From the NCBI GenBank assembly GCA_026025075.1, contig JAPEUI010000103.1:1-56806 (forward strand): DNA of 56,806 nt, in the 5' to 3' direction. How positions within the stretch are numbered: position 1 is the first letter of the stretch; the number at the start of each line of letters is the position of its first letter. The notes beneath the pieces are model-generated. The model worked only from the letters and a program-made list of their open reading frames with translations, made no database searches and was not told the origin of the DNA. Source of the stretch: Vezdaea acicularis (taxonomy: Eukaryota). Of the stretch, positions 38,801 through 50,738 are shown piece by piece. Made by a program: the position numbers and the translations under genes.

Positions 38801-41800
38801 CTAAAACTCCGCTTCGAGCGGCAAATCCCTCGAACTAGCCCCGACCCTGATCAAGAATTTTCCCTCGGTGGGCATGACCCAATTCTGGCGGCGTACGCTC
38901 CAGAAACTGAGGTCTCTCCTGGTCAACTCGAGCGTCACGATGCCGCTCGCTGCGGGCTCCAGCTCCACCTTCTCGAATGCGCGTAGCACCTTGACGGGAA
39001 AGTCGATGGGGTCGCCTTCGTCGGTGACGCCGGGGGGGAAGGAGAGGTAGAGCTGTACGACCTGCTTACCCTTCCTGTTCCCGGTGTTGGTGAGGGAGAG
39101 GCTGACGTTGGCGTGGACGTCGTAAAGGCTGGGGTTTCCGCCGGGCCCGCCGCCCGCTTGCGAGGGGGGTTGCTCGGTGTTGTAGCCTTTTGGATAGGGG
39201 TATTTGCCTTGTTTAACGTCGCTGGCGCTGGTGATGTAGGGATAGATATATTTCTTCAGTTTTCGAAAATGGGCCGGGAAGAGGGCGTCTTTTGGATCGG
39301 GGAGGGTGTCGTCGAAGCTTGGGGGATCGATGGAGGTTGGTCGGGGAGATGGGAGGGGCGATTTCGGTTTGGTGGTGGAGATGGTCAGGTTGGAGAACTC
39401 GAAGGTGGTGTAGGAGAGCCCAAAGCCAAATTCGTAGCGCGGCTCGATGTTGTTTTTGTCAAAGTGCCGGTAGTCGATGTAGAGGCCTTCCTTGAAGTCC
39501 TGCTGCGGGACCACAGCGTTGGGGTAGTATAGGATTTGACCACCTTTGCCGTATTCGGCCAGACTCTTGCCTACCGTGTATGGTAGTTTGCCACTTGGGT
39601 TCTCGTTTCCAAGCAGGACGTCGACGAGAGAATTGCCGCTGTCCTCGCCGGGAAGGTTGGCCATTACGATGGCTTTGACGCCAGTCATATTATGCCAGCG
39701 CTCCACTACCACAGGGCCAATCGAATGGATAATGACAATGGTCTCGCCTTTCCCACCACCGCAATTGGCCGCAACCTTCTGAACGAGTTTATCTCCGCCC
39801 TTTTGCGGATACAAGTCATTTCGGTCGCCCCGAATGTTGTCGCTAGCAATGTATCCTTCTCCGCCATCAGAGTTGATGAAAACGAGGCAGATATCTTGGT
39901 CTACAAACATGCTGGATGCATTGTTGGAAGGCAGTACGTTGGTGGGATAGGACGAGAACTGCACTTTATCAGAGTTGAAGGCTCGACGAAGGGCGTCCTC
40001 AGGAGTGACAAGATACTCGAAGTCGACTGCTCCAGAGCCCCAGCCAGAGGCAAGCGTTCCCTGGTTACAGCCTCTATCGGCGCACGCGTTGCGGCCTCTA
40101 CCCTCACCGGCGTCTTCTCCGAATATCCCGATCCTCTGCTTCTCGTCATCGTGACCGTCCACCCATCCCTCTCGGTTGAGGGGTAAGATGTTGCCTTCGT
40201 TCTTGACGAGTACAATGCCCTCAGTAGCAACCTGCTTCGCAATGAGGCTATGAGAGTCCTCTCCCTGGCCACGGACGTCCTTATAGTGGTTGACCCAGCC
40301 TTCGGTTTTATCATCACTTCCCGGGTGGAGAAGACTCGTCTCGTTGCGTGTCCATGATGAAAAGTTGGGACCAGTGAACTTCCCTTCTTCGTCTTGGCCA
40401 AGCTGATACCAGGCTGCAACGATACGGGTGACCATGTCATTCATGCGCCACATTGGAACGGAGCCGTTGAGCACGGCTGTGGTGAGGGACGCTCCCCATA
40501 ATGCCTTACCATCAGCCCAGCCGAGGCCATCGCCAGGCATAGACATGTCCAGACCTGACAACGCACTTGCTACACCACTTCGCTGCGCAAGCCAATCCGA
40601 CTGAACGAACCCCTGGAACCCTAATTCGTCTTTGAGAACCCCGTTTAGTATCTTACTATTACCGCAAGCATATGAGTTGTTGACCATCTGGTAGCTACAC
40701 ATCACGCTCGCCACACCAGCACGAATGCTGTCTGCAAAAGGCCAAGTGTAGACCTCATGAAGCGTTCTGTCGTCGATGTTTGACGAGATGGCGTGTGGTG
40801 TGCCCCATGCCCAATCTTGGCGGTAGTGCTCTTGCTCATTTGCCACGTAATGTTTCGCTGTAGCAATGACTCCCTCATCTTGGATTCCTCGAATCGTCTC
40901 TGCAGCTGCTATGCCTTGCAACACAGGATCGCTTCCAAACCCCTCCCAATTCCGCCCGCCAGCAGGCATCCTTCCGAGGGGGCCCATAGCCGGGCCAAGC
41001 ATTACGTTGACTCCCTTAAGGCGAAACTCCGCGCCAAGAGCACGACCTCTCTTGTATATGAGATCTTTATTCCACGTTGCCCCAGTTGTTATACCGGCCG
41101 GGAATGCGGTGATAAGGTCTGCGAAGCGGATACCTAGTGGCCCATCTTGAAGACAGAGCGCTGGAAATCCGGCATTCTCAGCTGGGCCTAATGCGTTGGA
41201 CAGCATCGTCAATATAGAAGCATTTAGGCCCTGACAGAGGAGCCTGCTTACCAGTATTCCCCACACACAGATCCATCATCCAACCCACCCCTGTTGTGAC
41301 ATTGACCTTCTCAACCAAGCTCATCTTCTTCACCATCTCCTCTGCCTTTCGGTATGATTCCTCCCAGGATGGTATTGTTCCTCCTCTGGCTTTATGGGTA
41401 ACATCAGATTAGCTCTGCTATTCCATGGGGAGATCATTAAAGCTCACGTGAGGGATAGAATGGCGGACTCAGTCCATCCTTAGGAGCAGTCTTATACAGG
41501 AACGTTCCCCCACCACCCAAAAGTATGACCAATACTCCCAAGAGCCCCAAACTAATGAGAAGGCATTTCCGCCGATGCCATAGTCCTCGCTTCATGGCGC
41601 GAACCGCAGGCTCCAATTGTACCCCTGAGGACTTCTGCTTCCGTGAATGTGACGAGTTGCGTGGCCGGTCGAGCCTGAGGTGTTGCTGCGCACTAGGGTG
41701 ATTCAATGGATCATGTTCATCGAGGTCATCATCTGAAGACTGATATCCAAGGTCTCCCTGCTCCTCGTTCCGTCTGTGTCGCGCAAGGAGCCCAGTCTGG

Positions 41801-41829
41801 CTTTCTCCAAGGTCAGTCGATTCAGCCAT
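38801..41829 (-). CDS. GH3 beta-glucosidase with N-terminal membrane anchor (BglE-like); introns 41390-41447, 41188-41251
   Basis: Cytoplasmic N-tail then TM helix (LLISLGLLGVLVILLGGGG); LCLQDGPLG, GGRNWEGF, AKHYVANEQE, nucleophile FVQSDW, PSGKLPYT, EFGFGLSY; C-terminal Fn3-like domain. Confidence 0.94.
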
Positions 41830-42619
41830 TATGAGCACACATTGGCAGGATAGTAGATGTCTACGAAAGACGCTTTTCAACGGGGCTGGACTGCGTCATC
41901 ATATGTGGGTTTGCTGTGGAGCTCAGATCTGTTTGCTCATTGACAACGGCGCGTAAGTCGTCGTGTAAATTTGCTCATACCCCCTCAATTGCAGCTGCGC
42001 AGATTCACGTAGAATGACCTTACGGAACATTAATTACGACTGGATAGATTATTTAGGAGCTATTTTTAAAAAATTTAGGATTTAAATAGTGGTAATGTGG
42101 TGTGGTATCTCGATTGAAGACGTCTCCGCTGCGAAATGGGCATTTATACGAAAAGCATTTGACTATTCATTGTGAATCCGGCAGCCAACGCCTTTTCCTT
42201 TCAGAAGCTAAAATATTTAGAACCCATCATCTTAGAGCATCGAACTATGTGCTAATGCCTCCAGAAATGTCAAGGGTTGAATCACAGGCCGTCATTTGAC
42301 CATGCGAAGACCTTCAAATGACCTGCCTTCCATAATAGGGGAAGTGTCACGTGGTAGAGACCATATCGCATGACGAACTTTGTGAGCTTGATGGGAAGCT
42401 TTGCGGAAGTTCCATTAGGATCAAGATCGAGCATTAGATTATAACGCGGCTTCTACTATAGTTGCGTCTATGAAACGCCTAAGGATGTCAAGAGTTTGAT
42501 ATCTACGTCTATTATACCAGGCCAGGAGTAAACAAGACGCGCGGATGGTCTTACGGCGTAAAAAAAGGGTATATCAGCATTGTAAAAGGGGAAGATATAG
42601 TCTTCTCTACGCCCTGAAT

Positions 42620-43831
42620 CCCGAGCAAAACGTTGTTACCTCTTGTGTCTTGTTGCATCCAGAGAATGGCGTCAGCTATGATCAGGGAAAAACTATTTGT
42701 GGCTCTTGCCCAAACCTACACATTCTGCACAAAATCCGGCACCGAACGGTCTCTCTCATCACGAACGTTTAAGCAAGAGAAGTTTGCTAATTGGGATTTG
42801 TGCATGCTTTCTAGCTTGCTGTCCACTAACGAAGAGACCAGCTTGAGCGAACCTTGCTCCAAGAATGGTGATTGCGATTCTTGTTGAGTATTAGACGGGG
42901 CTTATTGATTATCTCAAGTAATAGGAGTCTGGTCTGGTAATAGCGACCTCTCTTTGTATGCTCCTTGAAAAAGGAACCTCCCATGTACAAGGCTCGTTGC
43001 ATTGGCGACCTCCCGTGATACAGAGGCAATGCTACATGACACTATTTTATACGGTCGCATTAAGACAATCTAGTTGAAGAATCAGTATACGTCACATATT
43101 AGTACGAGGCTCTGAAATGGTCAAACTCATCCACAATACTCTTCGCCCTTACTAAACGTTGACAAATACACTTTCTCAAGGTCAGCATAAAGAGCATTCG
43201 AAAAGCACAAATGCTTGTTGTGGATGCGAGCGCAAGATTTGCCGATTGTTGGTTCCAGCTTGCATCCCCAATGGCGTTAATTTCCTAGGATACCTCGCCT
43301 TCATACTTTGAAAGCATTGTAGGAATCGCCCCAACCCGCGTTGCATATGCATGGAAGCTCGTTGCGGTCGAAGGGAACGACTCATCGTTGCTCAACGCAA
43401 GCACGGGTACCCCGGCTTTGGGTTCCAAGGGTCAGCGACCATGAAGCTTGACCGGGTTGCCAGATTCGTGCGATCCGACGGCTCAATGCCGGGGGCAAAA
43501 GACGGTTGAAACGATCATCGTCGCAAGGCGAAAGATAATATAAATAGTCAACAAAGAACAAGCTTCCTGCCGTCGCAACGTGTTGGCGACCAGAACGTAG
43601 GGCTCTTTCTCTATCGAAAACGAAGCGTGCTCTGAGTATTGTACAACATCCATTTGTACAGAGCTCATCTCGATAGTGGGAACTATAATCCGTCGAGAAA
43701 TGGATAGTGCAAGGACTATTGAAAGTTTCCTCAAGCTTTTGCCTAGCCCTCTAGGACCTTGAAGCGCAGTAGATGGCGATGGCATGAGATGCATGCCAAG
43801 AGCGCACGAAAGGCTTCACTTGCCACCACAT
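42620..43831 (-). pseudogene. Possible decayed multi-exon gene of unknown family
   Basis: One frame from ATG 43831 reads ~175 codons broken only by TAG (43751-43753) and TGA (43382-43384), then a 48-nt GTATGA..TTAAC..AAG intron (43259-43306) and 29 more open codons; downstream protein-like fragments carry more stops. No family recognised. Confidence 0.3.
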
Positions 43832-45224
43832 CGAGTGGCTAGGACTTCCCTGATCACCAAACGGCCGTCGCAACGATGCCTGTGCTGGCAAGATCGCGAT
43901 AGGCTCTATTTTTAAACGAGTGGTTGACGTCTACGTTTCTTCCAAGGTTTCGGCCCGGACACACCTCCCGGATGGTCCAGGCCAGTATGGAGGACATGCA
44001 CGTCGTTCCATAGGTTGCAGCCGGGGGTTTCATGCAGCGTGCGCTCACAGCTCCCACGGCAAAATGGAAGCCACCTCAACAAAAGAAGGGTAGCGATCAC
44101 GAGAGGGAATCTGCTCGTAAGTCCACATTGAACCTAGCCATGTTCTAGCCCGTTCACGGAGATACGGCGATGGCGATGGCGATGTCGATGGATTGCGTGG
44201 CTCAAAAGGCTGATTGTGAGACCGAGTGAAGTCAACGGTATCGGGAGAGACCTGGTTGTTTCTCCGTCGCTGTCCGTCTAACGTGACCGGTGACGGCCGT
44301 GTGCATCCGCGATCAAGCAGGACAGTCGGTCACGATATCGGGAGGCAGCAGTGCAACACCTCCCTTCGCCGGGTGTCGTGGTTCGGAAGCACCGAGCAAT
44401 CAGACACGCAGGACTGGGGGGCTGAGAAGCGAGATTGCGAGCATGGGCGGGTGCAAGGAAGGTCGCGCGCCAAGGCTGGGAGGGTGTGCGGAGGCGTGGG
44501 AGGAGGCGGGCAGACCCTGCTCAGACCCCGGTCGCGTTAAAGCGGCCGTGTGCTTAAAATGTGTTGCCGCTCTTACAGCGTGCGCTTGAGAGGCCGGGTC
44601 GCTTTGTTGAGTGTGCGACAGCAGCACGCCCGCACCGGATGGGGCTTTTTCCTTCGTTTTATCGACCGAGCCGTTGGACGGGCCTTAGCGATTTAGCGTG
44701 ATTCGCGAGTCCCTTGGCCTAGCCGGATGGGGTTACGCGCTAAGGCCCAAAGCGATCGCCCCTGACCGGAAGCAACCTCGTGCGGGTACGCGCGCTGGAG
44801 AGCGACTCACGCCCAGGCCCAAGTCAACTGTGGTCAGCGCTCGGGGATGGAGCAGCTGGGGAGAACACACGGTCGATCCATGCGCAGAGCAATGCCCGGG
44901 CGCCCGCTCCAGCTCCACTGGGCCTTTTTCTGGCAACGAAGGTGGATAGCAATTCTCCCGGTGGGATAAGTGGCCCGGCGTCGCGCCCACAGCCCTCAAG
45001 GCCCACACGCCCACCAGCCCTTTTGATTGCCTCCGCGGCCTCCACCACCATCAGTGACGGAGACTAGCTCACGCCTGCCAGGCCCTGCACTCCGTCTAGA
45101 TTCCTGCATTCTGCCCCGGTCCTGATTTTGCTCCCTTATATGTACTCCTGAACCTCCTCACTCTCCTTCCAGCACGCTTTTTCACCTCACCCTCACTAAT
45201 TTTCTTCCCCAAACCATCGCCTCG

Positions 45225-46707
45225 ATGGATCACGATCGTTACGGCACTGCCCACACGTCGGCCACGACCACTCCTCAGCGTCCAGGAACAGCAGAGGAGC
45301 ATAATTTCCAACCTCACGACACAATCCAGCCAGTCCCTCAGCCATCATCTGGGAACCACACTCCTTTCCGCCGAAACCCCTTCGATACTCCCTTGGCATC
45401 TCGACCGGCTTCAATCAATGGCTCGTCATATGTCGGTCGTGCTCCGGACACCCGGTACTTCCATTCGCGGAGAGTGAGGAAAGGCGAGGTCGAGCATCCG
45501 TGGCAGGCGCAGAAGGACCCGAAGGAAAAGTGGGTGACCATTATCCCGTTGATCGGAATTCTCCTTGGGTTTGCTATCTCGGGTTTCTTGGTCTACGATG
45601 GTCTTAAGACAGTCGTCAACCACAAGTACTGCCCAGTTCTCAATGAGCAGTTCACAGGCCCGCTTGATGAAAAAGTATGGCTGAAGGAAGTCGAGGTCGG
45701 TGGATTCGGGTAAGCTGCCAATTGACTAATCGTCAAGTGGCCCAATTGCTGACAACAATCTTAGCAATGGCCAATTCGAACAGACTACCAACACCGATGA
45801 AAATGTTTTTATCAAGGATGGAATGCTCCATATTAAGCCGACTCTTCAGGATCAAAAGCTCATTGAGACGAACAACGTGATCAATCTGACTGAGCAAGGC
45901 ATCTGTACATCGGACGTGCTGGCGAACTGCGTTGCCGGCACCAACGTCACCAACGGTACCATCGTCAACCCTGTCAAGTCGGGCCGTCTCAGCACACGCA
46001 AGGGACCGGCAATCAAGTATGGGAGAGTCGAAGTCAAGGCGTTGCTGCCATCAGGTGACTGGCTGTGGCCCGCCATTTGGATGATGCCCGTCAAGGATAC
46101 CTACGGTGCATGGCCTCGCTCCGGTGAGATTGACATTGTCGAGTCTCGCGGCAACAACTACACCTACGCTCAAGGTGGCAACAACATAGTCAGTAGCGCG
46201 CTGCACTGGGGCCCCAACGCTGCAAACGATGCTTGGTGGCGCACCAACGTCAAGCGGAGTGCCCTGCATACGACCTTCTCTAAGAAGTGGCACACCTTTG
46301 GCCTTGAATGGAGCGAGAAGTATCTGTTCACATATATCGACACACGTCTCCTCCAGATCCTCTACTCGCCTTTCATCGAGCCCCTCTTCAAGCGAGGCAA
46401 CTTCCCTCTATCGGACTCGAACGGCAGCCGCATCGAAGATCCCTGGTCGGGCACCGGCCGACTGAACACTCCCTTCGACCAGAAATTCTACCTCATCCTC
46501 AACGTCGCCGTCGGAGGCACCAACGGCTGGTTCAAGGACGGCGCCAGCGGCAAGCCCTGGGTCGACCTCAGCCCCACCGCAAAGAAAGACTTCTGGGACG
46601 CGCGAAACACGTGGGAGCCGACCTGGAAGGAAGCCGGTGAGATGATCATCGACTCCGTCGTCATGGAACAAGAGTGCGATCCCGGTTTCGACTACATCAA
46701 GAACTAG
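45225..46707 (+). CDS. GH16 beta-1,3-glucanase / glucan-binding-protein-like enzyme, type II membrane anchor; intron 45710-45764
   Basis: Single N-proximal TM helix (WVTIIPLIGILLGFAISGFLVY); GGFGNGQFE, KYGRVEV, GDWLWPAIWMMP, catalytic WPRSGEIDIVE, PFDQKFYLILNVAVGG. Confidence 0.93.
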
Positions 46708-46923
46708 ACGGCGCTCTCTCCAAGGAGAGGTGGGAACTTTTCTCTCTGTTGCTGCCTATCTAGCGGGGTTTTCTTGTGGTTTTTTGTCTTCACCGACCGA
46801 GAGTGGCATCTGCTTTCCCGTACATCACATTCCTGGAGCGTTTTCATGGGGTTTGGCTACGGTCTTACGGGAGGGTTTTCCAAACACCTTTGACGAGAGC
46901 GGGACTTTTTTCCATACTGCACA

Positions 46924-46967
46924 CAATCAAATCAAATCAATCGATCAATCAATCAATCAATCAATCA
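46924..46967. repeat. (ATCA)n microsatellite downstream of GH16
   Basis: caatcaaatcaaatcaatcgatcaatcaatcaatcaatcaatca. Confidence 0.85.
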
Positions 46968-49900
46968 TCTTTTACAAAGTCGATACTAGGGAATTGGCTT
47001 TTTTTCTCTCTTTTTTTTTTCTGCTTCTAACGGGTTTATACGGATGGGTTTTATAGAATCGCAAGGCTAGATCCAGTAATATAATAGGACCTCTTTCCGT
47101 CCTCAGCCCTGGATACAAAAAATACTCGTCATGATTGCATCGTGTATCCTCATAGGCTCCTCGTAGGGTAAGACATTAATTGCCATCTATTCTATCGGTT
47201 TTTCCTTTCGCTTCGCTCACCCCCAGGCGCGCGCACTTTCGCTCTTGCCATAGGTCCGTTTCCTTCCTCCCTCTCCTCACCCCTGCACGGCGCGATGTAA
47301 CGCCGCGCCAGACCGTCAGACCCTTAAACCTACTCCCTACTCCCACCCAAGTTCCGGATCCCACCCATCGCGGAGCCCCACCCATCGTGAGCTTCACTGA
47401 GGGTCTAAAAACAGATGACTCGGGGAAAGTAAGTAGGCCGTGAGTGAGTGAGGGCAGCTCCGGAGCGTGCGAGATGTCCCGGCGATCAAGAAAGCTCTGA
47501 AATCGATCACTCACTCACTGTATTCCTGGATTATTCCGGCGTGCTGGAGCGAGCGTGACGCTGAGCGAGGGAACGCCGGGGGCAGCCACAGGGGATGAGC
47601 GCCCCGGGGGTGGGAGAGGGGGCAATTTCCCGGGACCAGCTGGCAGGCAGGCAATTGTGGCGGGTGGGATTTCTTTTCTCTCATTTCCCGGCCGCGTGCA
47701 CAGCCTACGGGGCTTGTATGTCCGGACGAATCCTCTTCCTGCGAAAAAACGAAGAATCTCACTCGGGTAGGATCGTTAGGATTATGTAGGTGATAATGAT
47801 GGGTTGATGGGCGGCGGGCGTGTGTCGCTTGGATGGAAGACCCGTGACGTGAGAACAGAAAACGTGACTTGGGATTTCCGAGAGCTGGGACGGGGTCTTT
47901 GATGTTTGGTTATTGGAGTCCGTCACGCTTGGTCCCCTAGAATGCCAGAGCAGAGAGCGTGGAGCCTGTCACGAACGCTCGTCTCCAGATCACCGAAGAA
48001 GTGGGTTTTCTCGCGTTGACTGGCCAGACGGATCACCATGTTGGCCGAAGCCCAACGCTTCCACTGTCTCCGTCCGTCCGTCCGTTCGTTCGCGGTGGGT
48101 AGCGTGAGCAAAGTACCGTAGCGGGGTGAATGGTGGGTATTTTCCTCTCCACCCGGAGCGTCCCAAGCAGAGGGGACCAGATCGTGGCGATTCCGAGATC
48201 TTGAACCTGACAGAACAATCCCGGAGCACCCGTTTTCTGCGAGAGAAACACGAATCGATTCGCAATCTACGATGCACGTGCAAGCCGCAGGGCCGCGACG
48301 GCCGAAAGCAGCTCCGGGTTCACGATATATTGGGCGAGTGGCGACGGCCGGGAGAGGAAAAGCTGGACGATCGATATCCGAATGTCTCCAGCGGCAATTG
48401 CGTTGGGGTCCGGAGAGGGGGGAAATCAGGATTGCCGGAGCAGGTGGGTAGTTCTCGAAAAATCTCGCCGTTTTTCTTATCACCATTCCATGGTTCCGGT
48501 GCAGCCCTTTGGACGATGGATCAGAAGTTTTGTCACTGGACGGGGGTCGGCGTCATGCAGACTATTTCGAGCGCTCTAGGGAATCCTGAACGCAGCTTTT
48601 CGCATTTTCCGCCTGCCCCCCCCGTCTCGCATTGCTGTTTTTGCGCAAAGGCCCGTTGTGGCTCAGATTGGCTCCTGTAGCACCAGGTAGATCGGGTTGC
48701 TCGCTCGGGTCGCCGCCCTCGTGGTTCCTGGCCCGCCCGGCCATCCACCGCGCACGCTTCGCGGGCAGGGATCGCTCTAGCTTGGCGCACCGGTCCGCCG
48801 CTTTATCCTTTTCGGACGCTGGACTCTTGCCAAGCAACAAAGGCGTCCGTTCGAGAACAGGATAAGAGAAGGCTAGACGGCCAATGGTGGACCGCTCTCG
48901 AAAGGGCTTATCAAAGATTCCGCGAGGCAGAGGGCTAACCCGCGGAGCGGTGGAGACTCGTGTGGTCAGCGCCTCGTCATACCTCTAGATCGTCATCATT
49001 GAGCTCGGAGCTTCCCAAGCTGTTGCTGGGATCGCCGAGAAAGCCGTGATACTTGCGTCCGATGAGCATGAGTAGATCCCTACTGTAGCTGCAGTCAGTC
49101 GTACAAGCACTGTAGGGTATCATTCTTGTCACAGTGCAGACCACGGTTGCCACGACCGTCTTGCTGAACAGCCAGCTTGACTCCCTGTTGCAGTATCGGA
49201 GTTATCCAGCTGGTGGAGATTGAGTGGCTCGCGAGCTTTGCAGACACATGCCGCGCGGGCGCCGACGAGGACAGCTGAAGCAGCAACCAGGGTCATGACT
49301 TCATCGGGGCCTAGCTCGTGCGACCTTCGATTCTCCCCTCTTTTCCATGCACCGCTATGAAAAAAATGCAAATCCCATTGATAGTGCCGGCATGTCGCCG
49401 CCGTGGAGGAACGGGCAACAGGTTGGCCGAGCAGTCGAGAGTGAGGGCGTGGGGCCTGGTGCGACCTGCGACCTCTGAAATGACTGACACAGGGGTCTGC
49501 CCACTAGCGAGGCCGGGAAAAGGAAGGGGCCACTTCTGGAACCGTTGTCGCGCCATGCCGAAAGCGGACGCCCATCCTCCAGCGGGCTTTCCTAAAGCGG
49601 GCGCCTGATGCCAAGCATCCGCCGTGGGGCGCAATTTATCCGCGATCCTGCTTTGCTGCGGGCAGGGGAAAAAACCGAAACCCGAGTCAGGGGAAGCCCT
49701 GGGATCGTGAAGAAATCCGCAAGCTGAAGGACGGACGAGACTCCGAGCTGACTTACAGTACGAGGAGGAGGCAATCGCTGCTACCGTTTCATGCAGCGAC
49801 AGAGCGATGGCGTTGCAGTGGCGGAGGATTCCAACGGCGGAGGATGGAGGGGAAGGGTGGTGCGTCAAGCTCACGGAGGCTTGAGGTTCCCAAGAACCTG

Positions 49901-50738
49901 CTCCAGACGCTGCTTCTTCGGAGTCTGGGTCGACAGGTGCACCGCACTTTCTGGGCTGGCGGCACCGACCCATTGCGGATCGATGCGGCTCCACCGTCAA
50001 AATCATTCAGATAACCAGGAAACGTCCCAGAGCGTGATCTCATTCCAATTCTGCTTGTGCGATGCCAGCGGGGGGATTTTGTGGTTGGGAGGTCTCGGTG
50101 GCTCCGTCAATGCAGCGTCTCGCGCTCGGCTGGGCGACTAACTGCGTGTCTCCGAGAGCAGGGACGACGCCGCGCGGGCTATTGATTTATTGAGCGGCTA
50201 GCCCGATGCGGCCGGCAAAAGCAGCGAGCGGCCAGGCAAATCACTCGCCGCACCAACGCTACCCCGTCGACGCACGCGCATCACACCGCAAAGCCAGGTA
50301 CCCAGGCGCGCTGGTGTGGCCGAGAGCTCTGACGAGCTTGAGCCCGGCACCCAGGGGTCAAAGCGGCGCCAGAAAGCGAGGCCCAGCAGGGAGCATGCAA
50401 AAGGGCCCTTTCACAACCAGCTCGGGGCGCTGACGCTGGCTTGCACGGCAGCCGTTTGGGGGAATTGGCGTGGGCCGGCCCAGATAAGTGCGGTCGAGGA
50501 GGGAGGCGCCCAGACCCTTTTGCCGTTTGGCTGCCGCTTGCCTCTAATACCCCCCAACCGCTGTTCTCACCACTTCTCTTTTGTCTTCACCTTGTTCTTG
50601 TCACTCGCTACCTTGAACACCCCCCCCCTCTCTCCCTTCTAATACCCTCACTGCCGGCTCAATCGCTTTGCTCGCGATTGTTCGAGGGTACTTAATTTTC
50701 TTAATACATTCTCTCGTTCTCTACCAGTCACCGGCAAG

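Noticed and set aside
47100..50700. ORFs between GH16 and GT2 (e.g. 49311-50006, 47923-48486)
   Set aside because: No recognisable domain or coherent exon chain; treated as the GT2 upstream region.
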